NCBI GenBank assembly: GCA_951406725.2
Contig: OX597833.1
Coordinates: 71,858,001-71,922,000, forward strand
DNA length: 64,000 nt
Direction: 5' to 3'
Source of the DNA: Octopus vulgaris
Taxonomy: Eukaryota
The translations under genes were made by a program, and so were the position numbers. How positions within the stretch are numbered: position 1 is the stretch's first letter; the number at the start of each line of letters is the position of its first letter. Of this stretch, positions 12,465 to 26,400 are shown in pieces. A model generated the notes under the pieces. It was given only the letters and a program-made list of their open reading frames with translations. It was not told the DNA's origin and ran no database searches.

Positions 12465-12896
12465 GTGAGGTCACCGTATTTTTCTGTTTCCGGTATTGAT
12501 ATATTTATATGGTCCCATCTCAATGTCCAGCACCTTTGGAAAATGTCTTCTACTATTGTCCCCAACTGACCAAAACCCTTGTGAGGGAATTTGGTTGATG
12601 CAAACTGTATTAAGCCCATCCTATATATGTGTGTGTGTGTGTGTGTGTCTCTGTTGATATTTTCACCTGTCAGTACCTGAGCAATGCAGGCGGGGGACAG
12701 AAATTCCTTGTTGACATTATAACCAGTTATTTTGCACATTTGAAGACTTGGCAAATATACAAATTTCTTACCTGTAAAACAGCTGAGGGTTGGTAGAAAG
12801 GAAGATCATTTGGTTAGAAAACCCTGCCTCAAAATCCATTTCTCTCCATGGAAAAACAGGTGAAACAAACTGTCAAATGTTGTATTTTCTTTTTCT

Positions 12897-13257
12897 TTTT
12901 CTTTTACTTGTTTCAGTCATTTGACTGCGGCCATGCTGGAGCACCGCCTTTTTTAATCGAGCAACTCGACCCCGGGACTTATTCTTTTGTAAGCCCAGTA
13001 CTTATTCTATCGGTCTATTTTTGCCGAACCGCTTAGTGACGGGGACATAAACACACCAGCATCGGTTGTCAAGCAATGCTAGGGGGACAAACACAGACAC
13101 ACAAACATATACACACATACATACATATATATATATACATATATACGACAGGCTTCTTTCAGTTTCCGTCTACCAAATCCACTCACAAGGCATTGGTCGG
13201 CCTTGGGCTATAGCAGAAGACACTTGCCCAAGATGCCACGCAGTGGGACTGAACCCA
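12897..13257 (-). mobile_element. SINE family A, young copy, slightly 5'-truncated
   Basis: Reverse complement of 6650-6996 with shared diagnostic bases (ATCTTGGGCAAGTGTCTTCTGCTATAGCC, CCAATGCCTTG). Confidence 0.88.
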
Positions 13258-14519
13258 GATATATATTTATTCTTCACACACATTATATATACCTACACCA
13301 ATACAATTATTAATATTTCTTCATCGTTATGGCAACGTGCTGGCAGAACCATTAGCAAGCTGGCCACAATACTTGGCAACATTTCGTCCATCTTGATGTT
13401 CTGAGTTCAAATTCCACCAGGGTCATCTTTGCCTTTCACTCTTTCAGGGTTGATAAAATAAGGACCAGTTGAGCACTGGGGTTGATGAAATCGATTTAAC
13501 CCCCATCCCCAAAACTGCTGGCCTTGTGCCAAAATTTGAAACCAATATTTCTATAAGTTAATGGACTGATAGTATTTTCTAGTGTTGGTCAAAATGCCTT
13601 GTGGCCCTAACATTCTGAGTTCTAATCTAACCGATTTCATCTGTCTTTCATTCTTCTTGTGGAATCAATAAAATTGTGGTACCAGTGATCTACTGGGCTC
13701 AGTTTAATCAACCAAATTCGCCTTCAAAATTGTGTCCCAATCATTAAGTGCAGGGGTTTGTAAGAAACAGTAAAAAAAGAAGAAATCTTTACAATATTTA
13801 TTTTTGCCTGTCTCTAGTCTTTGAGTTCAAATCCCACCCAATCTCACCTGAATCTCTTGCTTTTGCTTCTAATATAAACCCAGGTCAGCTCCTTGCTTTC
13901 TTGTTATACAAACTTATATTCAAAGAGATTCCAGCCACGACCATTCCAACTTTTCTTTGCTTGTCAGAATGTATGTATGGCTACATTATGCAGCATGCCT
14001 TTTGTGTTTAAAGATTGTTGGCTGTGCTTTGAGGGAGATTTAACTACTATTTCTTGCAGATCAAATGACTGCAATCACTAAAACAAATAGGTCAATATAA
14101 TAAATATATAAAAGAAAATGAAGGACCAATCAAGTACTGGATTCAGTGGTATTAATCAGCCCCTCCCCTCAAAGTTGCTGGCTTTGTGGATATTTGTAAT
14201 ATATATCCTGACGGGTGGGGGTGGGGGGATGTAATCAGTTACTCTCCAACAACTTTCTGACTTTTCTAAGTTGTTGTTGTTGTTGTTATTAAAGGTCTTT
14301 GAGCTGGCAGAGTCAGATGAGCATCTGAAGAAATGCTTTGTTCTTGTTCTTTGCATTCTGAGTTCAAATCCTGTTGAGGTCAGCTTTGTCCTTCATCCCT
14401 CCGGGTTGATAAAATACAGGGTCTCTCAAGGATTTGGTTTAATATAATCAAGTAATCCCCTTCCCTAAAAATTCCTGGTCTTGTTCCGAAATCAGAAATA
14501 TTTATTATTATCATTATTG

Positions 14520-15110
14520 GGTGAGACAGCAGTTCATGCCATCAAAGTGACACTGGGGTAAAATGTACGAAGCCCAATATACCCATCATGACTACCCGTC
14601 TGATAAGGGCACGCCAGGCACATGCATCACAACCATATGTGCACGACATGGTGATCTCATATCAAGATAAACAGCACATGACCATGCAGATGGGGCCCAG
14701 TTAGAATTTTCTTCGGATCAAATAGGTAGCCCATCCTGCTCAAAAGGTCCCTGAATAAGGGTTGTTGAAGGATGTTGAACGAATCACCCTTGTTTCCAAA
14801 GGTGAATTATTCAAACCCCAAAGAATTCCTCTCAACACGTGGCCATGATGCTCCCCCACTATTTCTGCTCGTGATCAGAGATGCACATATCGTCAGCCAC
14901 TAAGGGACATGGTCAACTGGTTAAGGTCAAACAACTGACAAGCAAATCTGTGGTATTGAGCAGAATATTTGCTGTAGCCCATCTCTTATCGCAAGACAAA
15001 ACAATGTACATGATAACACTTCCAATCAGTTAAGATCAGAAGCCATGAGAGCCACTGTGTGATACTGCATCAGGGCATTTATTACTATTATTATTATTAT
15101 TATTATTATT
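14520..15110 (+). mobile_element. Probable retroposed insert ending in a (TTA)n tail, family unassigned
   Basis: GC-richer block bounded by TTA-type simple repeats, with no ORF. Only one copy is in the window. Confidence 0.35.
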
Positions 15111-15741
15111 AGGTGGTCGAGTGGTAGAATTGGTGGAGCATCAAACCAAATACTTCACTGCATTTGTTCTGCTTCTCTTTATGTTCAGACATTTTTTTTT
15201 TTGGTTTTTCCTGAAATAATGTCTTCAGCTGGATATCTTTCCTGGCACCGACCCTTTTGGTCACTTCATGCAACACACAGGGACGGGGGTTTATATATAT
15301 TTATTACGTATTTATAATAAAGGAAGGACAAGAAGTTGTTAATGGCATTAAGGCAGTTATAAATTAATTATAAAAAAAAAGGAGAATAAATATAATTTAA
15401 TCAGAAAAAACAAGAAAACAAAAGTCTGTAGAGATTCTTCATAGATAATTTGGCATCTGGAAAGTTCTGAACACTAATCTGTTTCTATCGATTATTCTAT
15501 GCCTTTTGATATGTTTTTGCCTGTTGCACACATTTATATGTGTCTGTCTGTGTGTCTACGATAGACAGATTTTGAGTTGATTTGTTTACCTGGTGTGTGC
15601 AGGTGTGTGGCTGTTGTTTGTTTGTTTTTGCAATGCTAAGATCTAACAACTTTTTCATGATGAAAATAAAATGTTTTGAATTATGAGTTTTAATTCATTT
15701 TTAATCAGTATTAAAAACCCCAAAGAATTGCTTATTTGTAG

Positions 15742-15951
15742 CTGGAGGCTCTTCAAGCAGAGAATGCCTCTGAATGGGCCAAGCGGGAACGTTTAGAGAC
15801 GGAAAAACTGTCTCTGGAACGAGAAAGCAAGAAGTTACGAACAAAAATCGATGATTTACATGAACAATTAGAACAGAAAAACCAGCAAGCAGCTACGTTG
15901 ATTGATTCTGATATGAGAACTATGCAGTTTGAACTCTCTGAAAAGAATAAG
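15742..15951 (+). CDS. CCDC102A: CCDC102A-like coding exon 4 (absent from the ORF track)
   Basis: TTGTAG acceptor. [33 protein letters not shown] matches the conserved CCDC102 [23 protein letters not shown] motif. Donor AAG|GTATTT. Confidence 0.93.
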
Positions 15952-16191
15952 GTATTTTTTGGCTATTATTATCATTCATTAGTCTTGTTTTAATTAAGGT
16001 AACGAGCTGGCAGAATCATTAGCATGTTGGACTGAAATGCTTATGTTCTGAGTTCAAATTCCACTGAACTCCACTTTGTCTTTCATCCTTTCGGGGTCGA
16101 TGAAATCAAGTACCAGTTATGCACTGGGGTCAATGTTATCAACTTATCCTCTCCCTACCAAAATTGCTGACTGTGTACCAAATTTCAAAAG

Positions 16192-16224
<33 letters not shown>

Positions 16225-16850
16225 GGCAGCAGCAAGCTGGCCAAGTCATTAACACATCAGACTGAATGCTGAGGAGTGCGTTTCTTCTGGCTTTGTTCTG
16301 AGTTCAAATTCTGCTGAGGTTGAATTTATTTTTTATTCCTTTCAGGGTCAATAAGATAAGTACCAGTTGGAAATTGGGGTTGATGTAATTGACTATGAAA
16401 AGGAATTCAAAATATGTGTATGTGTGTGTAATAGCATGTGTGTGTGTGTGTGTGTGTGTGTCTGTCTAGAATCAGAGTAGCTTTATATTATATTACCACC
16501 ACCACCACCATCATCCTTATCGTCATACGTCCATTTGTGTTTGCTGACATGGGTTGGCCATGTCTGTTCCACTATAGCAACAGCACATGTTATGGTCATC
16601 ATTTAATCCTCTCAACACCTACCAACACCCCTCCCTCCACCACCACCACCACCACCACCACCCTTTGTTGTTGTGTATGTCGTGGTCTTCGCAGCTAAAT
16701 GCCTTTCTTTATCGCTGACCTCTCTACTCTCTCTCTCTCTCTCTCTTTGCTCTCCATTCACACTGAGCGCCCTCCTAAATGGATTGCATTCACTGCAGAT
16801 GGCAAACTACACGATTTCTCTTCCATATTTTTCATCTTTTTTTTGTTTAA

Positions 16851-17073
16851 CCCCTTCTGTTACCATATTTCTGTTGAGATGCTCTGTGTTTCATTCAATT
16901 GATTTTAAATATAACAAAGAATTTAGTAAATTAACTTGTTTATCATTCAGCTAGTGTTAGGAACATAAATTGTGACTAAGGTTTGGTGGAAGATTTTAAT
17001 TCAGAACTTTTGAAAACAAGACATTTGTACTACAGACCCAGAGCCAGTTTCAGTTAGGTTGGTAACGAAAGGG
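16851..17073. mobile_element. piggyBac-type MITE, copy 1
   Basis: TTAA on both sides. Termini CCCCTTCTGTTACC / GGTAACGAAAGGG form an imperfect TIR. Confidence 0.8.
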
Positions 17074-17171
17074 TTAATTGGCAGATTTTGTTTCACATAG
17101 TTGTTTGACTTGTTAGAAATAGCAGTCAAATCTTGTGCAAATTGAAGACACATTTGACTGACTGTCTTTAA

Positions 17172-17391
17172 CCCTTTCGTTACTGTATTTCTGTTGAGAT
17201 GCTCTGTGTTTCTTTCAATTACTTTAAATATAGCAAAGAATTTAGTAAAATAACTTAGTTATTATTCAGCTAGTGTTAGGAACATAAATTGTGACTAAGG
17301 TTTGGTGTAAGATTTTAATTCAGAACTTTTGAAAGCAAAACATTTGTACTAGAGTCAGAGGCAAGTTTCAGCCGGGTTGGTTTCAAAAGGG
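17172..17391. mobile_element. piggyBac-type MITE, copy 2
   Basis: TTAA|CCCTTTCGTTAC...CAAAAGGG|TTAA. The internal sequence is nearly the same as copy 1. Confidence 0.8.
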
Positions 17392-17402
17392 TTAAGAAAT
17401 AA

Positions 17403-17735
<333 letters not shown>

Positions 17736-17830
17736 TAGACCTTTTTTTACTGTATGGTTGAATTAACGTATTTTTAGAGAGTTGCTTTTAGGGATATAGA
17801 TACCTTTACAGACGGTTACACTAATACGCA

Positions 17831-17986
17831 CGTGGATGTGTGGTAAGAAACTTGCTTCCCAACCACATGGTTGCGGGTTCAGTTCCACTGCGTGGCACCT
17901 TGGGCAAGTGTCTTCTACCATAGCCTTGGGCCAACCAAAGCCTTGTGAGAGGATTTGGTAAACAGAAACTGAAAGAAGCCCATCGA

Positions 17987-18021
<35 letters not shown>

Positions 18022-18215
18022 TGTCTGTGTTTGTACCTCCACCATCACTTGGCACCTAAAGTTGGTGTGTTTACACCCCGTAACTTAGTGGTTTAGCAAA
18101 AGAGAACGATAGAATATGTACCAGGCTTACAAAGAATAAGGCCTGGAGTCAGTTTGTTCGACTAAAGGTGGTGCTCCAGCATGGTCACAGTCAAATGACT
18201 GAAACAAATAAAAGA
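17831..18215 (+). mobile_element. SINE family A
   Basis: Full head, (TG)n and tail organisation. Confidence 0.85.
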
Positions 18216-18359
18216 AAACATACACGTCTGTATAACTCTCTGCATTCATTCATCCGTTTGAGAAGACAGAATTGGTTTCAAGTTATGCAGTTCTTTTAAT
18301 CCTCTACTTCCTCATCCTCCTCCTCATCCTCCTCATGATCTGTTGTTGTCCTCTTTCAG

Positions 18360-18463
18360 GCTGATCTTCAAGCAAACAATGTCCGTAAGTTACAGCGTAC
18401 AAATGAAGAGTACGAAGAGCAAGTCGGCAACTTACAAGTCCAAATAGAACATTTACAAAGCAG
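18360..18463 (+). CDS. CCDC102A: CCDC102A-like coding exon 6
   Basis: CTTTCAG acceptor, ADLQANNVRKLQRTNEEYEEQVGNLQVQIEHLQS(R), donor AG|GTAAGT. Confidence 0.92.
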
Positions 18464-21400
18464 GTAAGTGGCGGCTTTAATGCCTTCTGTCTTTAGAGCA
18501 AGCCAAACTTTGTGGGTGAACGTTAAGCCATGATGGTGATGATTGAAAAAAAAAATAATAATGAAATTATTGTATACGGTGCTCAGGTGCACCACAACTT
18601 GTCAGAAAGTGCGTATAAAGTACATGCAGTAATGTACAAATGTCTGGAAAGCGAACAATGCATGAGTCAGATACATGCTTGCGTGTGTATGGAGGGGAGA
18701 AAATCAGGTGTAGTGTTGGCGAATCTCAGGAAGCATGGAAGTGTTGAAGGATGCAGTGCTCTGACAACTAACAACTGATGCCGGCAGTTTGTTCCATGAT
18801 GATGATGACAATGTTTTTTTTTATGAAACTCAATCCAGTACTTGACTGTTACTTTATTTTACTGACTGCATCAAAATGGAAAGCAAAACTTATCATCATC
18901 ATCATTGTAACGTTTTCGTGTTTGCATGGGTTAGAATAAACTGAAGCACATGTTCTACGACTGGATGCTCTTCCTGTCACCAACCCTCACCTGTTCTCAA
19001 ATAAGGTAATCTTTCCCCCTGACTCAAAACAGTTCCATGTCCAGATCAGAAATGAACAGCACCACTTGTATTTTACATCCATCACATGATGTCAAAACAC
19101 ACACACATGCACACACACACACACACACATGCACACACACACACACACACACGCACGCACATACATGCACACACACAGATGCACGCGCGTGCACCATAAA
19201 CTCCTTTCAGTTTCCATCAACCAAATCTACTCACAAGATTTTGGTTGGGCTATAATAGAAAATCCTTGCCCAAGGTACCACACTTTGGGATTGAACCTGA
19301 AATCTTTTGGTTCGGAAGTGAACTTCTTAACCATGCCATGTAAGAATATAAAAAAAAAACTTTTTAATCATAAAAAAAAGTCACTCTGCTGCTCCTAAAG
19401 AGAATGGAACCAGTAAACTTAGAAGTCTATTAAAAGGTCTTGAAAGAATCAAAAGAACAAAAATACCAAATTATAGTGACTTGCACCCCTACTTGTAAAT
19501 GGAATGTTCCAGATACTAGCGTTATGAAACAGTGAGTCAGAGCAGCTGTCTTTTTGTTGGGGGTTATATATTTGCATAAAGTTCATGGCTGCCAACAGTC
19601 ATTTCTGGAAACTGATGTCTTTCAGTTCTGACACCCTCTTCTGGTTCTTGCTTGTGGAGCATTGCTCTTCTCTCATTCAAATGGCTCTGCTTCACACTTG
19701 CCACTAAGTCCTTTATGACTGTCTTTTAAAGACAAAAGATGCCTGTTTTTACAAGGAATGTTGAAGGTTAGTCTTATATATTTCACAGTTTGCCTCACCA
19801 ACATGGCTGGTTATTTGGTAACCTATTTTACACACACACACTCATATGTGTCTGTGTGTCTGTGCTGTTAACAGTTTCTGCTTGTTCACCGTTTTCTCTT
19901 CTTTTATATGTTGGCACATATTTGAACTTGTTGCAAAGGATAAATAAATGGGGCAACTCCTGTTCCCCTGTGTAACTCAGCTCATTTTTGGTGGGTGTTT
20001 TTTGTCATTATTTTAGACTCTCCCTGACTAATTAAAATATTAAGATAGACCCCTATTATAACCTATGACTGCTGCCAATGGGTTTCTACTCCACTGGTTA
20101 TGATGACGAGGGTTGCAGTTAATCCAATCAAAGGAACTGCTTGCTTGTGAAATTAATGTGCAAGTGGCTGAACACTCCACAGATGCATGCGTACCCTTAA
20201 CGTAGTCCTCTGGGAGATTCAGAGTGACAAAGAATGTGACAAGGCTGGCCCTTTGAAATACAGGTACAACTCCCTTTTTTTTTTTGCCAGCAGAGGAATC
20301 TATTATTGTGCGTTTCCAGCTATTTTGGTTCGGTCTGTAGCATTACAGAACCAATCCAAATCAGGTTAATATCTTGTGTTTTATCTTAATGTTTTCATCT
20401 GTATCTTACCAACAAGAGTGTCTGGGTGGTTACTCAACCTGCTAGAAATTGCAGTCAAATCCTCATATGCCCCTGCCCACCCACACTCTCACACACTGCC
20501 TAAAAAGAAGAAACAACACCCCAATCCCTATATTCTGTCCATCTTCTCCAAAACCTTTCACTTTCTCTCTCTCCTTTTCATGTTTCTCTGATAACCATTA
20601 ACTTTTTGCTGTTCCAAAACAACATTAACCCCGTCGGGTCTCACTGATTATAGCCAGTTTGTGAGGGCCATGGATGCAGCCTCTTTATTCGACTCCATCC
20701 AAAAAAAAAAAAAAGGGCCAAGGATTGCTTTATTAGAAGAGTTTTTATTACTTATCAAACTTTCACCAATTTGTGAATAAACGTTCTCTCTCCATGAAGA
20801 ATGATTTCCTTTCCTGCATGACAGCAGCCACAGCCTTTTTGCTTCAATATCCCGTCCCGGTCACCCGACTTCTCTGAGGCACTCAATTTTGTATTGTTTT
20901 CACATAAACATGCATGTAGTTTGGGTTCTGTCCCACTGTGTGGCACTTGGGGGAGCAAGTGTCTTCTACTTTATAGCTTGAGGTAATCGAAAGCCTTATG
21001 AGTGGTTGTGTCTAAAGATGGGTTAGGGTTCACCCCAGCTGTTTTAGATGTGTTCTTTATTGATGAACAAAAGTGCTGTTCATTTCCACTCTTCCTTGGA
21101 AACCGATCTGGCCATGAGGAAACAGGTGAATGTTGGTGACAGGGAGGGTATCCAGCTGTAGAAAATTCTGCCTTGGTGAATTCCATCCGATCCATGCAAG
21201 CATGGAAAAATAAGCCTTCAAAGAAATGAAGGTTATTGAAGATATGATGAAGGTTAATAGGAAATGTCTTCTATAGTCATGTTTTGTGAGAGAATATTTG
21301 AAGATAGAAACTGTAAGGAAGCCCCTCATGTGTTTGTTGGTCTCTACATATCTTTGCATTGACACAACTTGGGCTGCAATGATTCTTATGTCCTGCATAA

Positions 21401-22116
21401 AAATTTTAAAATCTAGTGTTTGAAAGTGCAAAGATTTGGAATAAAGCATATTATTTGAAAACGGAGGTTGGCACCAGGAATGATATCTAACCATAGAGTT
21501 GTCCTAACAAATGACTTCTTCTCCAACCTAACATGGCAAAAGCAGATGTCAAAAGGAAGAGCCATTGTCTCTTAACAGCCATCTCTTTACATCTTGTATC
21601 TCTCTTAGTGAAGTCGTTTCTCTAATAATGATTCCTTGGTTGGTAACTTCTCCCTCAGTTCTGTCTTTCTCACCAATTACCAATCTTCATTCTCTGAATC
21701 CTGTTTGCTTCATTTTCTCTCCAGCTTCTCATAATCTTCCGCAGTTGTGCCTAATATACTTGCTACCATGCAACAGTAAAGAGACCTCTACATGGTCACT
21801 TGGTCTGTTAGAAACAGCAGCTGAATTTCCCTCAAATCACATTCATTGTAAAAGGAAGCAGACACTGGATGATGTAGTCCTAGATACACTGTGTGAACTG
21901 AAGGCTGGATGGTCACAGTTGGAAGACCTTTTGAACATTGATTCACTTGATTTGGGCTGACCTGGGCTTTTATCAGTTCCTTTACTCAGTTTACCTTTTC
22001 TCCAGACAAACCCTTTCTGTGCCTCTTCCACCCGTTCCCTACCCAAATCTTCATTACTGCCATGATATGTTATTCAAAGGTTCTCTAATCTTTTCCCATT
22101 TCTCACTTGCTTTTAG

Positions 22117-22246
22117 GTTGCGTCGAGGAAATCCACAAACTTGTTTGAAGTCTCGCTCTTCCCAGAGTCTAAAATCGTTCACAACTGACGAAGCGACCAC
22201 ACTTCCCGACAGTGATGAGAATGCGATGGAGGACGACATCTCTTAA
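22117..22246 (+). CDS. CCDC102A: CCDC102A-like last coding exon; total CDS 1686 nt, 561 aa
   Basis: TTTTAG acceptor. The phase-2 join gives HLQSRLRR..., followed by an acidic tail DSDENAMEDDIS and TAA. Confidence 0.85.
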
Positions 22247-22431
22247 CTCCAACCCTGTGTTTATCAATCGGCAACCCTACCTCGCCCTTCCAAATACCGT
22301 CACACCATAGCAAGGGGAGACAATTTAATGCTTTCTTCTTAGTGCTGGAAGCTCTGTATAAATCGGTTTCTGTGTACAGATCTAAAGATATCTAGACTTA
22401 GCTTTTATTTAATATCAACTTCTCTTTATCA

Positions 22432-22552
<121 letters not shown>

Positions 22553-22640
22553 TCTTGGTTTTGAAGAAACAAAATTCTGTTACTTTCCAAGACTGAATTA
22601 TATTTGTGTGAGGTGTACATATGTGGATGTCTGTGTATGA

Positions 22641-22702
<62 letters not shown>

Positions 22703-23448
22703 GTATGTACAAAAGTGTGTGTGTGTGTGTGTGTGTGCAGATATAGACACTCAGAAGGGAATGAATCTCCTTTTCTCCACTGTTGGCTTCTACTTAACAA
22801 ATTACATTTTGTTTAGAATTTTTTTTATTGTTTAAAAAACAAAAACAAGAATTTCTGTTTATAGAAAAACGAAAGGAATCTTAAATAAAGTCATTAAAAT
22901 AATGGCTTTTCTTTTTAAATTCCTTTGAACAAATTTTACTTAGAGACAAACTACATTTACAAAAGATATGAAAAGTGTGTACGATTTCTGACAAATTGTT
23001 TACAATCCTTATTGACTTTAACATCCTAACAAACATATTTCCCTGCCGTTGGTTTTTCCCCTTATTTTCATTCAGTTTGTATTATTTTTTTCAACCCAGA
23101 GCAGTCTTTTTTTTTTTTTTTATATTTTTATATTTTGAGAAGAAATTTTATTTTTTTAACCTCAAGGAAATCCTGCCCCGTTTCCCTGGAAAATTGCAGA
23201 AAGTTTTCAGTTGCCAATGCTTGCATCTTCATATCTTGTAAGGTGTACGTAGAGTTTTAAGCTGCTGTTTCATTCTAACAAATCTACTTCATAATTATAT
23301 ATATATGTAAAAAGAAAAAAAAAGGATTTCAATATTAAGTGATAAACATTTTTTTCATATCTTTTAAACAAAAAAAAAGTTTGCCAAATTTGTACCATGT
23401 TGGGATTTAATATTTTTCTAATTTAATGTTTTAAAAAAATTATTTTAA

Positions 23449-23479
<31 letters not shown>

Positions 23480-26400
23480 TACATCAGTTTTCTTGAATTT
23501 CCTAATTTTTTCCATGTTTGTTTGTTTCCATCATGTAAAACATATCAGCATTAACAATTTACTCTTTACAAGATTTTAGAGAAAGATAGAAATTCAACAA
23601 ATTCTGGGGTTTCTCCAATCAAACCCAGGCTTGGAACCAGTGTTCTGCTGCTGGAATTTTTCTTTTTAAAGGTCCTGATCCCTGTCCCTGGTCATAACTG
23701 TAACTGGTTTCAACCAGAGTTAAATTTAAAGGGCTGTAGACCAAACAAGGCAACTGTTTAAGGATTCTTTTATAAACTCGTATTAAAGGGTCTTCTTTGG
23801 AGCAATACACAAAATTCTTGCCTTTAAGGCTTCATATATTTATACTTAATCTGGCCCTAGTTTCAATTAGAAATAATTATGGAAACCTGATTGTCAATAT
23901 TTGAAGAAAATTATCAAGAAATAGGTTTTTTTTTCTTTTTTGTTTGTCTTCCATGCATCTTTCTCCAGCTTAAATATATTTTTCTTTTTCTCTTAGTAAC
24001 CAGAATGAATTCTACCTTTTCTAAGTCTGCAAGAATGTTGTGTGGTTTCCATGTTGACAATCAATGTAGAGTTACCTTTTTGTGTGATCTTTCCACTTCA
24101 CGAATGTTGTCGCTTCCCTAATCTTTCCTGCGGTAACATTCTTATTTTTTCCTTCCAAACTATAATCAGATATTTTGGACTATTTATTCACACAATTCTT
24201 TCAATACTAACCTAACCCCTTTTTTTTTTGTCTTACATGTGCACTTTTCTGCATACATTATCTTTTTCTGTTCAAACTCCAAATTTCCTTCTTATTTCCA
24301 ATGCAGAATCTCAATACCCCACCCCACCCCCCTGTGTTGCACCCCCAAAACTGAAGACTAAACAGACTTGTTGTAGTGTAGAAAGCACAAAAATGAGGTT
24401 AGTAAATCTGATGAAAAAAAAAAAAAAAACTTATTACTTTAGCAATAACCTCCCTCCCACCATGACCACCACCAATAGATGTGTAGTTATTACAAAGTTT
24501 TAGAATGATTAATTAAATACTGTTCCATTTAAAATTTCTACTTTTATATAAGAATTCAGTTGTAAATCTCTTATTTTTCAGGTGTGTTAAGATGTCACAC
24601 CTGGGCATTTTAATTTGGCAAATGTTTTACCCTCCAATATTTAAATGTTGCCTTCAAAGCAAAACAAAATTCTCCTTCAAAATATTTTATTTTTTATTAA
24701 TTTATTTTTCTTCATATTTGTGACAAATTATTCAGTTCCGACGTCATCTGAACTTAAATTATTTATGAAATCATTGTCATTTTATTTTCCTTTTTTTTTT
24801 CTAAAGTTCTGGTGCAATGACCAAATAGATTCTGTTATTGGGCTGCAAATTCTTTTTCATCTACAACAATTAAGTCCATGAGCAAAACACTTCATTAAAA
24901 TTGCCGAATTCACTGTCGTCATCATCGTCATTATTATTATCGTTAATATTAAGAGCTTGTTAGGAATCGATATTAAACCTCATTAAGTTGTTGCCCTTTC
25001 TACAAAACATTAATTAATAAATTGTAGATTAAATTCTAAAAAACCAAAGCCCAGAAAAAAAACAAAAAAAAGAGAACCAAAGCCATGATTGTCATTAATT
25101 CTTCAGTTCCTTTCTTCCATGCTGGCATGGGAGGAATCCAATCTTTACATCTAAACCAATCAATTATTATAGGTATTCATAATGTTTTGTCATTTGCAAT
25201 ACTTCGTTACCAGCCTGCTAATTAGAATGATTTAGATATCTTGTTTTGTTTTGTTTTTTTTGTCTTCAGCATGTGTATCAAGATGGTGTGTCTGAAGAGT
25301 CTGCCACCAGAGCTGCCACTTGCCAATGTCTGCCTTAGTCAAGGCACTTCACTCTTTCTTTGTTCAGTTTGTCTAACCAACACCCAAGGATCCCTTCAGC
25401 TCCTTGCTGTAAGTAAACAGAACACTGAGTATCATTGATAAGAGATTCCTGAAAGCTTTCGGGACTGATAGCAAGTCTGTCACAGAATCACTTGAGCTAA
25501 GGCCCTCGTTAACCAATTCTGTCTCCATCACACAAAAGGGAATTGCATAAGAATTCAGTTCTGCTGAATTTGGCAAATTCAGTTGAAAGATCTGCGAATG
25601 TTTTTAGCTTCGTTGTTGAAATTCAACAAGTTATATTCTTCTTTCAAATATTTGGTTTTGCTATGTTCATAGGTATGACTGCATGATTAATACTCCTGCT
25701 TCATAGTTCCAGGTGCCGTTCCATAGTGTGGCTCTTTGGTTGATGTCTTCTATCATTGCTTTAGTCAAAGTGAAATTTGGCAAAGGAGAAACTGTGTTGA
25801 AACTCATTGGAAGGACCATTCTTTGGTAAACTTAAGCCATCACTTAACAAGACCACCACTTGGTCAGTGGCTGCCTTTGATGGAATCAACTCTATAAGAA
25901 TTCTGGTCTAAGGACTATCTCTTCCTTTCTTACCAGTCTTTGGAGATCCTCAAGAGTCATGGGTGCCGTCATCACCCTTACAAGTCATTAAACTCTGAGG
26001 GTGGCTAAAATTGTTGAAAGAGAAATTAAAAAACAAAAAGTGTTTGGCTTCATTGTCATCCAACTTTCTAAATTTATCAATGGAACATTTTGGTTTTTGC
26101 AGTTTGCGTAGAACTTTTAGTTGCATTAATTTAATCTTCTGAGTTCAAATCCAACTGGGTTGTTTCCTCCCCCTCTTTCTTGATTCTGTAAAATAATACC
26201 AGTAATATACTGCATTGATTCAATTGAGTAGATGTCTTTCCTCTATAAACGTGTGACCTTCTGCTACTGTAAAATCAATTCTAACATTTTAGAACTAAAT
26301 GGTTGCTACAGAACCCAGTCTTGGAACTCTGTTTCATTTTTCTTTCACTGCATCTGATGCGTTTTCTGCATAATCGATAGAACCTGCCTCTTATTCATCT

